Source: Chrysomallon squamiferum (Eukaryota; Animalia; Mollusca). Taken from it: DNA of 64,000 nt. The position numbers were made by a program, and so were the translations under genes. Location: NCBI GenBank assembly GCA_012295275.1, contig CM022677.1, forward strand, positions 20,212,001 through 20,276,000, in the 5' to 3' direction. Every line of letters begins with the position of its first letter. The stretch's first letter is position 1. The notes below the pieces were generated by a model. That model had not been told where the DNA came from and searched no databases. It saw only the letters and a list, made by a program, of their open reading frames with translations. Positions 28,633 to 64,000 of this stretch are shown here, piece by piece.

Positions 28633-30941
28633 AAAAGAAAAAAGAAACAAAGAAAAAAGAAAAAAAAGAAAGAAAAACAGGAAGAAAGCGAAGAAAGAAA
28701 AAGTTGAAAACTTTAGTTACCCTTTGTTTTAAAAGGCTGTTTCGACGTGGTGAAGCTACGTCTTGGAATAGTTATTGAATTGTAATTGTCCGTAGCATAG
28801 TCTGAAAAGGCACCAGTGGTATTAGCCTGTGAAATGTCAACAGTGGTATTAGCCTGAGAAATGTCAACAGTGGTATTAGCCTGTGAAATGTCAACAGTGG
28901 TATTAGCCTGAGAAATGTCAGCAGTGGTAATAGTCTGTGAAATGTCAACAGTGGTATTAGCCTGTGAACCGTCAGCAGTGGTAATAGTCTGTGAACTGTC
29001 AACAGTGGTAGTAGACAGTGAACCGTCAACGGTGGTAATAGCCTGTGAACTGCCAACGGTGGTAATAGCCTGTGAACTGCCAACAGTGGTAATAGTCTGT
29101 GAACCGTCAACGGTGGTAATAGCCTGTGAACTGTCAACAGTGGTAATAGTCTGTGAACTGTCAACGGTGGTAGTAGACAGTGAACCGTCAACAGTGGTAG
29201 TAGACTGTGAACTGTCAACAGTGGTAGTAGACTGTGAACTGTCAACGGTGGAAGTAGACTGTGAACTGTCAACGGTGGTAATAGTCTGTGAACTGTCAAC
29301 GGTGGTAGTAGACTCTGAAATGTCGGAAGTGATATTGGCTTGCGACGTGGTGAAATCATCGTCATCTGAATGCTCGGCAACTATATCAATGACTACAGCA
29401 GCGTCTACTGTGTCAGCAGCAGCTGTACCAACTACTGTAGCAGCGTCAGCGTTGACTGTTATTGCACCGGACTTCGGTTGTGACGGCGAATTGTTCCCAG
29501 CGCACAGGCCTTTCAACAGCGCCATCGTTTCCGGAAGTCCGATGACGTGCCGTTTGTTTTTAATGGAGCAGGTTCCTTCGACGATCGAGGGTTTGATAAA
29601 GCGCAGAATGACGTACATTTGGCACGTGCATTTAATGACGGTGTTGCTGACGGAAATGTGTCGGAACTTGTCGTTGCGGTAGTCTAAGATGAAGTCTAAA
29701 TCAGTTAACGTCGAATCGTCCAGAGCTAACTTGACTCCCGAAGGGAGCTCGTTGAAGGCGCCTCGTTCTATCCTGGTTATTGGGTTTCCTTGGAGACCGA
29801 TGACAGTCGCGTGCATTCCAGCGAAAGCATTTTTCGGCACAACTTTTATCTTGTTGTTTTTCAGGGACACGTATACAGCCGTTTTCAGCGGTCTCAGTGC
29901 CCGTACGGGAACCTCGGTCAGACTGCAGTGGTCGATGATGATTATTTTGAGGCAGCTGCTCTGTTTGACAAACACTTCGTCGGTGCGCAGTCTAATGTGC
30001 GAATAGCTGACGTCAGTCTGACGTAGGCAGAACGCGCCGTGCATCGATGAAAGGCGGGATAACGAATTGTGAGAAAGGTCCAGTTCCACCACTGACGTAA
30101 GCAGTCGGACGCTGGCCGGCAGATCGCGGAGACCACATCCTCTTAGCAACAGATTTCTTAGAGTATCTTCCAGCCCGAAGAAAGCACCGGAGTGCACGGA
30201 GAGTGGCGCGTTCTGGTCTAAGGTCAAAGTCGCGAGACTGCGAAGACCTAAAAAAGTGTGTCTGAACAGGTTTCGTATCTTGTTAGAGTTGAGTTTCAAG
30301 TCCACGAGTTTCGTCAAATAGTTTACAGCAGCCGGGACCCGCAGCAGACGATTCACCGACAAATCAAGCTCTTTCAGCGTCCTGACGCCGTGGAAGGCTC
30401 CGTCTTCTACGTCCGCGATCCTGCACTTCGACATCGCGAGGCGCTTCAGGGACAGCAGTCCTACGTCGAGGAAATCCCTCTTCACCGCTGAGCCCGTCCT
30501 CTGAACGTTAGATCCGAGGTCGAGGCTCGTCAGCTTGACCAGACCTTTCGCGAAAGCGAGCCTCTCGTCGAACTGCACGTCCGTCTCGCTGACGTCGAGG
30601 ATTTCCAGCGAGTCGGCGAGGTTGGCGAAAGCGGACTCGGCCAGATCGATCCCCCGATTCTTCGCGAGCTTCAGCATGATCACTCGGAGACCGCGCGGGA
30701 AGTCGTCCTTCTCCACGGACGCGATCCTGTTTCCCTGCAGGTCGAGCAAGATCGACAGCTTCACTGACGTCAGCGTCCTCAGGTCCGGCACGGCCGTTAA
30801 GCGTTTCCAGCCGCAGAACACGACGTACACGCTGGGCAAGTACTCGAGTTCGGAACGGTGACACGTGCACTGCTCTGGACACGCGACCACAACCCACACC
30901 ACGCACACGGTATTCATCAACGACAGCAGCACTGTTAACAT
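27512..30941 (-). CDS. Type-I transmembrane leucine-rich-repeat protein A (signal peptide, LRRNT, LRRs, LRRCT-like cap, Ser/Thr mucin stalk, TM, short tail, no TIR)
   Basis: Coding exons are 28721-30941 (the 742-aa ORF ends just past a G|GTAACT donor), 28399-28486 (GNRSTRDLILGISIIFLVLGSFAITAICG, TM) and 27512-27617 (HVNRVKVDRQEMQGQVNVAYNAVSESHIETVFSN*). It has a CPEQCTC N-cap, LxxLxLxxN repeats and an IKCTC C-cap. A 5'UTR acceptor lies at about 30970. Confidence 0.9.
28815..29320 (-). repeat. Coding 30-bp minisatellite encoding a 10-aa Ser/Thr mucin-like stalk
   Basis: About 17 in-frame units of type TTVDSSQTIT / TTVDISQANT inside the LRR-A large exon. Confidence 0.92.
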
Positions 30942-31281
30942 AGCAACAACGGTGTCAGCAATGCAATATTCTGAAATACAAGTGTGGTAATTTTGAAATC
31001 AACCATACCTTTGCCTCAGTCAGATCATAACTTATGCACTGGCGCATTTTGTAACATGCACGCACGCACGCACGCACGCACACGCACACACCCACACACA
31101 TATACGCACAGGTAATATACATTACCACGACCTTTTTCGATCATCCCGATTATCACTGATGCTGTTGCTTTTACTCCACTGCCACTACTACTGCTACTAC
31201 AGTGTATGAAACGTCTACTGCTTCTATTAAAACTACTCCTATAAGCGTATTTATATTCCTGCTGCACAGTGGTACTGTGCA

Positions 31282-31818
31282 CAGTGGTACGTGTCCTTAA
31301 TGTCCCCCACCTGGGTGAGCAGCCACCTGCGATATAAGGACACTTTTCAGTGGCTCAGTTCCTTAGATTAGCGGACACCTACTGAACATGGACAGAGACA
31401 GCATTTATTTATCATGACTCCACTGGTGAAGCGAACCAGTGATACCGATTTGAATTTGTTTTCTCTAAAATAAATAATTGTATTATAGCAAAAAAAAAAG
31501 TTGGCTTCGTCCATTTTCTGCACTGCCAAACCATTGAATCTGAAGCAACTTGGCGCGTAAATTTAATTTGGTGATTCTGTCATCCAGCCTCATTCCATGC
31601 TTCGTAAACGCCGGGTATTTAGCGGACTTTTAGAGATCGAAATGATGGCGTGGCTGAGTTTCAAACCTAAATATGCCTTATTCTTGTGTCCGGCTTTTGT
31701 AACTTTGATACGTTTGCAACTGTGTTTTAGGAGAAAGCTGTAATGTTTGTGATGGCAAAGCCTGGCAACGCCTGGAAACCGGTATATCTATATCTGTAGT
31801 GGATATAGATATATCATC

Positions 31819-31853
<35 letters not shown>

Positions 31854-31899
31854 TCCCTCTGATGAAGGAACACCTGCGATGTATTGACAGGTATCACTG
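31282..31899. mobile_element. Putative non-autonomous Tc1/mariner-pogo-type element (MITE)
   Basis: The imperfect terminal inverted repeats are cagtggtacgtgtc and gacaggtatcactg, the latter followed by TA. The subterminal motif cacctgcgat recurs at both ends. There is no ORF. Confidence 0.5.
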
Positions 31900-33220
31900 T
31901 ATCTAAATTTACTTCCTTGATGTAATAGTAATTTAAAAAAAAGTCACAGACACGCGCGCACACACACACACACACAGGCACACGCACTTGTACGCGCGCA
32001 CTTAAATAATAGATGCACTTTAAATAATTACAAGTGCATAATAATGATGATGATAGTGGTGGTGATAATAATGATCATTATGTTGACATTGATAATGATA
32101 ACGATGACGACGACGACCATAATGATGATGATGGTAATGATGATGATAATCATTTTGTTCCCAGCTAATTTAAAAATTCGTAAGCAGCATATCCAGGTTT
32201 GGGCAGTTGGTTGACAGACTTTGCTATAGGTATTCATGTATATAATTAATCCATTTATTTATTTATTTATTTTAATTAAATTCGGGGATTAAAAACCATC
32301 TTATTTATTACCAAATATATATATATATATATATATAATAACGTAATTTTCTTTAACATGTTTATCAAATGACACCATTTTCTCCTAATGTTAATATTAT
32401 TTGGTATTAAAATGACAACGCGTGTTGACCAGCATAATATTGTTTACAAAGGGTTTTGCTGAATGTTAGAGGAAATACCGACAAGTATAACTGAAGATTA
32501 CACACATATTACTATGGATTGCTGTTGGGATATATCGTCCAGTGAAGATGCTGTTTGGTAAAATTGGTTACATAGTTTACATACACTCACCGTTTCGTAC
32601 ATCCGTCGTTATTATAACTATTTGACGTCATTTTCCTTCATACGTCATAATCCATCTTACAGTGCTACTCGTAAGTTACGGAAATTAACGAAATAATGTG
32701 TAAGGCTTAGCACCGATTACATACACTACGCTCGTGCATAATGCAGTAATAATCATAATAATAATAATAATTATACAAAAAATAAATAAATGGAAATAGT
32801 TCGAGGTTCTGTTTAATAAAAATCGTGTTCCACGAAATTATTGTGAAGTATATAGTTGTTTCTACTAATCCACAAAATTACTGTGAAGTATATACCTGAT
32901 TCTGCTAATCCACGAAGTTACTGTGAAGTATATACTTGTTTCTACTAAATCATGATGTTGCTCTGGAGTATACTTTTGTTTCTACTAATCCATGAAGTAA
33001 CTGTAATGTGTACTAATCCATGAGTTTACTCTGAAGTGTACATTTGATGCACAATAAAATCGCAGTGTGAATATGTATGTAAAAGAAGAAGAAAACAGTA
33101 CACAAATATAAATAGAAATGTCTCCAGCATGACAATACTTTTATTCAATACGTGTGTGTGTGTGTGTGTGTGTGTGTGAACCCGGCCTAAGCCTCTAAAA
33201 TCGTAATATTCTCGACATAA

Positions 33221-33240
33221 TGACGTCATAATTGACGTCA
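33221..33240. promoter_or_regulatory. Tandem palindromic CRE sites between the divergent LRR genes
   Basis: TGACGTCA occurs at 33221-33228 and 33233-33240, with a third at 32623-32630. Function is not shown. Confidence 0.3.
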
Positions 33241-33441
33241 CGAAAACTTCTGTTTTATTTCGTAAATTAAAGGTTTATTTGTCCATGTTCTAACTTGCAT
33301 TCGTTCACACTTGGAATGTACAGCTAGTCAGAAAGAAAGAAGGAAAATTCGCCAGTCATTTCCTCGTGGATTGCGAATCTCTATGCCGAAGTTTGTTAAC
33401 CTTTATGTATTTTTTAAACGTGACATTGTCTAAAGCTTGGC

Positions 33442-33477
<36 letters not shown>

Positions 33478-33613
33478 GTTATTGAAGACGATATTTGTAT
33501 AAAACTGACAAAAGTATAAAGCAAAAGTTTTATAGCTGTACAAAAATTGACAAAAGTGTAACTGTTTATACCTTTAACATTTTCAGATCAGAAGAGGAAT
33601 AATAGCAGTTAGT

Positions 33614-36041
33614 ATGTACGTCGTCATAGTAACACTGCTATCAGTTGTAGGTGCAGTCGTGTCGCAATGTCCCAGCAGCTGTAGCTGTCGTACAACAGAG
33701 GTACGTGGAATTGGAACTGCGTACGTGGTGGCTTGCGAAGGCGGAGGTTTACGACAAGTTCCGGACCTGAATTCACTAGTCTCGGAGAAGAAAAAACGCA
33801 TTTGTCTCCATCTGAAAAATAATCAGATTACGTTAGTCAGTCAGTCCAGTTTTCCTCCAGCTCTCGATGTCGTTCAGGTCATTCTGGGTGGTAACACGGA
33901 CCTACAGTTGGAATACAACGCTTTCGTTAATTTGGCCAATTCGCTGCTACACTTGGATCTTAACAACACGAACTTACAGTTTAAAAGCAAGTTTTCATTC
34001 TTAAAAGGCCTGACTAAACTTAATACTCTTATTTTGAATGGCAACAGACAAAACGATGGACACATAAAAGCAGAATTATTCAACAATTTAGATTTAAAAT
34101 CTCTGGAAACTCTGTCTCTCGCTTACTGTAATATAAATGATCTAACTCGGTCGGTGTTTAAAGGGTTAAGCTCTGTTAAAGAGCTGAATCTGAGTAACAA
34201 TAATTTAGCGAATGCGCCACTGGACCTCGCTTTAGAAAATCTCGAAACGCTGATTCTTGCAGGCAATCGAATCAGTAGGTTAGCACTTAACAGCTTTTCC
34301 GACTATCGTAAACTTGAGACACTGTCGCTCGACGGAAATCATATTACGTTTGAAATAGACGCACTGAGTGCACTAGTAGAAAGTCTGAGTACAGTTAGTT
34401 GTTCCTCGTGCATGCTGGATGATGTTCCTAAGAACGCCATTTACAGGCTCGCTGGTTTGACGAAACTGGTACTGCGCAACAACCCGATGCGCTCGATAGA
34501 CGTGTCGTCCTTTAGCGGGAGTTACTGCCTCGAAGAACTTGATTTTTCGGAAAATATTATTCCGCTTCAACCCAAGATGCTGTCGAAACACTCGAAATGT
34601 CTCACAAAACTGCGGCGAAGTTCGTGCGGTCTGACTGAAGTCCCAACGGCGGTCATCAAAGAGTTAACGTACTTAAGGTCGCTCGACCTGTCGAGGAACC
34701 ATATCAAGTTCATTGAACGAAATGCTTTTCCTCTGCGTAATTTGCATGAAGTAGATCTGTCTGAAAACCCGCTGACAGAAATCAGGCCAGGCGCATTCGG
34801 AAACCCTAGCGGTTATTTTGAGCTCAACCTCGACAAGACGAAACTGAACGGGGTGGACTTCTTGCTGGAATACGACAGATTGAAATTCAACACAGTTACT
34901 TTTCGAGGCGTGGGGTTCCCGTGTACCTGCGATTTAAATAAAATGTTGTCTTTTCAATACAGACGAAAATTGTTTGGAGAGTGCAGCCTTGTCAACATAA
35001 TTTTACCAATCAGGGGAAAGGGCTCACCTCCTGCTCTTAAAGACTACTGCAGAACTTCGACTACTTCGACTACTTCGACTACTACAGCAAGCGGTAAGTC
35101 CTATTTTAAAACGTAGTCTATTAGCAAATTTCGGTTATATTTTACTTTAAATAAATCAGCGAAACCAGTAATAATAATAACAAAATGTATTTATTTATTT
35201 GTTTGTTTGTTTGTTTATTTGTTTGTTTGTTTATTTATTTATTTGTAATATTCTACAGTGTGTTCACGTATTTATCCGTGTATAAAAACTGATTCTCTGA
35301 ACTTGGTCTCTGCAGAAAATGATAACAAAAAAAGTACTTCAGCGGGAGCCGTGGTAGCTGTTCTGGTCGTCATATTGGTGCTGGCAGGAGCCGCTTCTGT
35401 CTTTGTCGTGTAAGTTTAAACACAGCTCGCTGTAGTGACCTGCGTCGTTCAAACAGAAGGAAAATAAAATATACTAAATAGCATACAGCGTGTTACCCTT
35501 GGGCTAGCTAAGGCATTGGCTGATCACGTGATAGTGATACGTTTCATTAGCTTGTTTGTTACGGTTTGTACGATCAAAATAGTAACGGCGTCTTGTTACA
35601 TTGCTGTTGAAATTTTATTCCTTTATTTCAAACTGGAACAAATATGTATATAAACTGGAACAGTTATATATATATATATATATATATATTTGTTCCGGTT
35701 CTTATTTACGGTTATGAATAAATATGACACAATATAATGGTATCCTTAAACACTGATGGTCACAACTTGACTCTTTTTGAAATGAGGTAAAAAACACCTA
35801 GCCGCGAGGGGTTCTGCGGGGGGCGGACTGTGTGACAATATGTAGAGCACCACGGCAGGGCCTGGGGTAAGACTGAAACGTGTGAAAAGGATGATGTATC
35901 CTCAAATGATCAGGTGTTCGATAAACCTGTTTGATGTCCGATTTCTTTGAAGTCAGTTTTGTCTTTCATCGTTGCGATGTAGGTAGACTTAAAACGGCAA
36001 CCGTAGACATAAACGAATTCATTCAGTAGATATCGGATTAG

Positions 36042-36086
<45 letters not shown>

Positions 36087-36415
36087 AAGAAAAAGAAAAT
36101 CGTCAATTTCGGTATGACGCCTTTGCCTCATTTGCCTCAATATAGTTACACCCATGACGTTATTATTGTTACGGTAATAATAATGATGATAATAACAGCA
36201 TGGTGGTAGATGTAGTAGTACTAGCAGTAATAATAATAATAGTAGTAATCGTAGTAGTAGTAGTAGTAGTAGTTGCACTGGTGGTAGTAGTAGTACTGGT
36301 AATGGTGGTAGTAGTTGTAGCAGTAGTAGTAATATTAGTAGTAGTAGAAGTAGTAATATACAACAATAACAATACAACAACTATTATTGTTGTTATTGCT
36401 GTACTATTATTATCA

Positions 36416-36448
<33 letters not shown>

Positions 36449-36691
36449 GCTGTTACTATTATTGTTATTACTGTTACTACTACTACTACTACTACTGTTA
36501 TGATTTATTATTATTATTGCTAATATTATTATTATCATCATCGTTATAATAATAATAATAATAATAATAATAATTATTATTATTATTATTTCAGTATGAG
36601 AAAGAAACAGAAAGCAAAGAAGAATGAAAATGGAAAAGTAGACAAATCCCAAGTCGGACAAGACAATGCTGGATTTGGAAAAGAAGTTTAA
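33614..36691 (+). CDS. Type-I transmembrane leucine-rich-repeat protein B (paralog of A; short Thr/Ser stalk, TM, short basic tail, no TIR)
   Basis: Coding exons are 33614-35093 (G|GTAAGT donor), 35316-35409 (NDNKKSTSAGAVVAVLVVILVLAGAASVFVV, TM) and 36595-36691 (MRKKQKAKKNENGKVDKSQVGQDNAGFGKEV*). It has a signal peptide, a CPSSCSC N-cap, LRRs and an FPCTC C-cap. A 5'UTR acceptor ttttcag ends at 33586. Confidence 0.9.
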
Positions 36692-36786
36692 TTCAGGTGG
36701 AATGAAAATACTCTTAAATTCATTAATGTTATATGCACATAGTAGGAGATTTCTTTTCTTTTTTAAATGTGTATATATATTTCAGT

Positions 36787-36818
<32 letters not shown>

Positions 36819-37297
36819 AAGAGAGTGCGTGTCTGTGTGTGTGTGAAAAAGAAACACATCAATAATAAATAAATCAATACATAAACAAACAAACAAACAA
36901 ACAAACAAACAAAAATAAAAAAGCAGAGGGAGAGAGAGAAATAAATGAGTAATTTGAACAAACATTAGAATTTTCCGCGTGGTGCTGAATACAGAAAACA
37001 AATATATAAACTTCAATAAAGGCTGTTGTCACATATGTAAATTATAAATTTAGATGCAGTTGGTTAAAGAGAATTGCGAAAATCATAATAAAACAGAGAA
37101 TAATAATAAAAAAAAAAATAATAAAAATTAAAACGAAAAGAAAAGAAAACGTTAAACTGAGGGAAAATCATCATTATTACATAAAAGAAGAAAAAGAAGG
37201 AAATGAAAATTTCGATAATGTACATTTTCTTTCTCACTGCTTTGCCTATCTTTCCCTTTTTTCAATCTTTATTATTTATTTATTTATTTATTTATTA

Positions 37298-37330
<33 letters not shown>

Positions 37331-38216
37331 TTAATTATTACATTTTAAAAGAGAAGAAGAAAAAAAAACGTCACTGTCTACGTCACCACCAATGGCAGTA
37401 TCAAAATAATGAAAATCCGCAGTCACTTCAAAGTAGGTAAACTTATAATATATTCATGTTTATTTCGAACTCTTTAACTCAGGTTAATGACATTTACGTT
37501 GACAGTGTGTGTGTCTGAGCGTGTTCGTACGGTACTATTGCAGTTAGATTTTGTCAAAAAAAACTTTTTTTTTTAAAAGTAATTTGGGGAAATATGTCAT
37601 TTAATCAATGCCTCGTATACGTAGATGTCTGTTATTGAGTAGAATTGCTGCAAAGGTAGAAATCTTTTTTTCTAAATTTTTTGTTTTAAGATAACTTTGA
37701 CGTCATACCATCTCGTACAATTTCGTACTATATATTTTTTACGACGTCGCCAGCCAAAAACAACCCCCCAAAAAAAAAAAAAAAATAAAAATAAAAAATA
37801 AAATAAAATAAAATAAAATAAATACATTCATTACACCGGCGCGTGAATATGAAGACGACTACTCTCATTAAATCTAAAAACAACAACATCAGCTAAAACT
37901 CAGTAGCAGACAGCTCTGAGTAAGTAGTTGTAAAACGATACAAAAATTATAATTGTTGTTTTTTAGATATAATTATTTCTATTTTGAATGCGTTTAAAAC
38001 AAAAATGCATTGATAACGTGTTATTTGAATGATTGCCTTGAAATTCATTATAACGCTTGAATCAGTTTTACAACAGAAATCATTATAGGTCCGTCAGTCG
38101 GCCTTATAAACAACAAAAATTGATTTAATTTTTCACTTTTTTTTAAAACAAAAATTATTCAACTCAGAAAACATGTAATCTTGTATGCAAACAACGTATT
38201 TTTCCTAGTTTTATTT

Positions 38217-38252
<36 letters not shown>

Positions 38253-39938
38253 AAACAAAAAGATATGGGACCTTAGAAAACAGGCGTTTTTTTAATGAAT
38301 TACTCTTCATATAGTTGTGTTGATTTGCATTCGTTTACTCTTAGTAAACCTTACAGGGTGAAAAATTATACTTCCAAAATCATCTTCCACCTCATTTTCG
38401 TTACCTGGATGCGAAAAGTCCAACTGTAGTGAAAACCATACCTAAGTTATCTTCCGAAACAAAGAACGAAAATTTTAAAATTATAATATGAATTGTAACA
38501 ACTATTATAAACTATCTAGCAGCAATATTTACTGCACAGATTAGGTACAGAAATATAATTCGTAATCAGGGAAACCAAAGAACTCAGTTTTTGTCGAAAA
38601 TATGCAAGGATGCAATATTTACCTTATCCGCATCGAGTACAGTGATTTTAAAGCTTCACACAACCCCTCACTGTTAGCATTAGGAACAACAGTGGACAAG
38701 ACTGATGTTGTTGTATGTTTCCATGTATTTTAAATTATCCAGTTGAAAAATAATAACTGGTTATGTGTTTTTGCAAGCATTTGCGACTATTTGCTAAAGC
38801 AGAAAAAAAAAAAAAAAAAAAAAAAAATCTGCCAAATGTTTCCATGGTTTTCAGATCATCACAGATTTGCTGACTCCTTTAACTTCAGAAACACCCCCCC
38901 CAAAAAAAAAAAAAAAAAAAAAAAGACTGAAGCAAGAACAGACTGGAAACTCCAGTTGAAAACTGAGGATCGTGAAAAATATGCTACATTCTGAGAGCGG
39001 TCCCAAACAGTAATGCTAAATAATACCGACAAAATATTAACTGAAGCCCAGAGACTGACAAGCACTCAGCAAATAGAGCCATGCAGGAGAGAAAAAAAAA
39101 CACGAGGAGAGAAAACAAAGCCAATAAAACAGCGTTGTTATAAACGAACAATGACAAAAAATGGACAGACCAGAAAAAAAAAAAAAAAAAAAAAAAACAA
39201 ACAAACAGAAAAGAAACAACGGCAGCCAGAGAAACTGAGAGAGACTCTGACCCCCACAAGAACTTGCCCAGCATCTGAGACAGAAAAAGCAGAGATGACG
39301 TGAAAAATACCGTTTCTTGAAGTCAGCTGTGACTTCAGAATCGACTGAGAAACTGAGAGAGAGACTCTCACCCCACAATGACTTGCACAGAGACGACGTG
39401 AACAGTGCCGTCTGCTTTGAAAGAGCCTGTGTGTACAACAACGTCCCCAGCAGCAAAACAGAAACGCTGTTTCCAGGGCAACGGCTGCGCTGCCTCTCAG
39501 TCCATGGTACTTCGTGCGTACTGTTAATGACTTGATAGCATCAGCAGCATCGCCAAGGAAACAAGAACTGTTTCAAGTCAATGGGAAAATAGATCCCGCA
39601 GGCTAAGGATGAAATGTTACAAATGTGCAGTATGCATACAATACAGAGTCAAAAATTAAAACTGAAAGATTAAAAACTTACTTTTTTTTTTCATCATTTA
39701 GAAAATACAAGGCGGCTTGAAAAGCTTCAAAACGTTTTATAAATAAAGACACACTCTTCAAATGGAATACACGTAAGATCACACATTAAAAAAAGGAATG
39801 TGCCATCTTTCTCCCTCTCTCTGTCTCTCTGACACACACAAACACGTATGCCAATACCCACATACTCATTCACACACACACACACACACACACTGCTGAT
39901 TGTATAAAAGACAAACACAGTGCCAGACTGTGTCAGAA

Positions 39939-63880
<23,942 letters not shown>

Positions 63881-64000
63881 CTGCAATAAAACACACTAAT
63901 AAGTGAGTGAGTCACTGAGTGAATGACTGAAAATGAAAGAATCTTTGAGTGAATGACTGAATGAATGAAAATGGTTGAAATGGGTGAGTAAATGATTGAA

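Noticed and set aside
28915-30861. Plus-strand and alternate-frame ORFs overlapping LRR-A
   Set aside because: These are shadow frames of a GC-rich CDS and its 30-bp repeat, with no independent domain signal.
28713-35116. Calling the LRR genes Toll-like receptors, or calling them secreted on the basis of the raw ORFs
   Set aside because: No TIR domain is encoded, and both ORFs end just past splice donors that lead to TM and short tail exons.
35740-35750. GTATCCTT word resembling a U12 donor in an LRR-B intron
   Set aside because: There is no exon upstream of it and no matching U12 branch site, and the flanking exons join in phase through ordinary sites.

Overview
AT-rich, microsatellite-laden animal genomic DNA, probably an invertebrate such as a mollusc (inference from intron style only). 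Most entries in the ORF track are simple-repeat artefacts. Manual splice reconstruction supports four genes. (1) Nup155 on the minus strand has 28 coding exons from ATG 25613 down to 189 and continues past the left edge; it includes a U12-type minor intron. (2) and (3) are a head-to-head pair of paralogous TIR-less type-I transmembrane LRR genes: minus 27512-30941 with a mucin stalk, and plus 33614-36691. (4) A minus-strand type-I membrane protein (39939 to beyond 63880) is built from at least 21 one-exon-one-domain EGF-like modules. Two features stand out. All three receptor genes end in the same TM-exon/tail-exon layout with a G-x-x-N-x-[AG]-[YF] motif despite unrelated ectodomains. Also, many introns are filled with tandem copies of the adjacent exon-intron junction itself, forming arrays of decoy splice acceptors or donors, and in two places this coincides with a rearranged exon. 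Exon coordinates were read by hand and may be off by a few bases.
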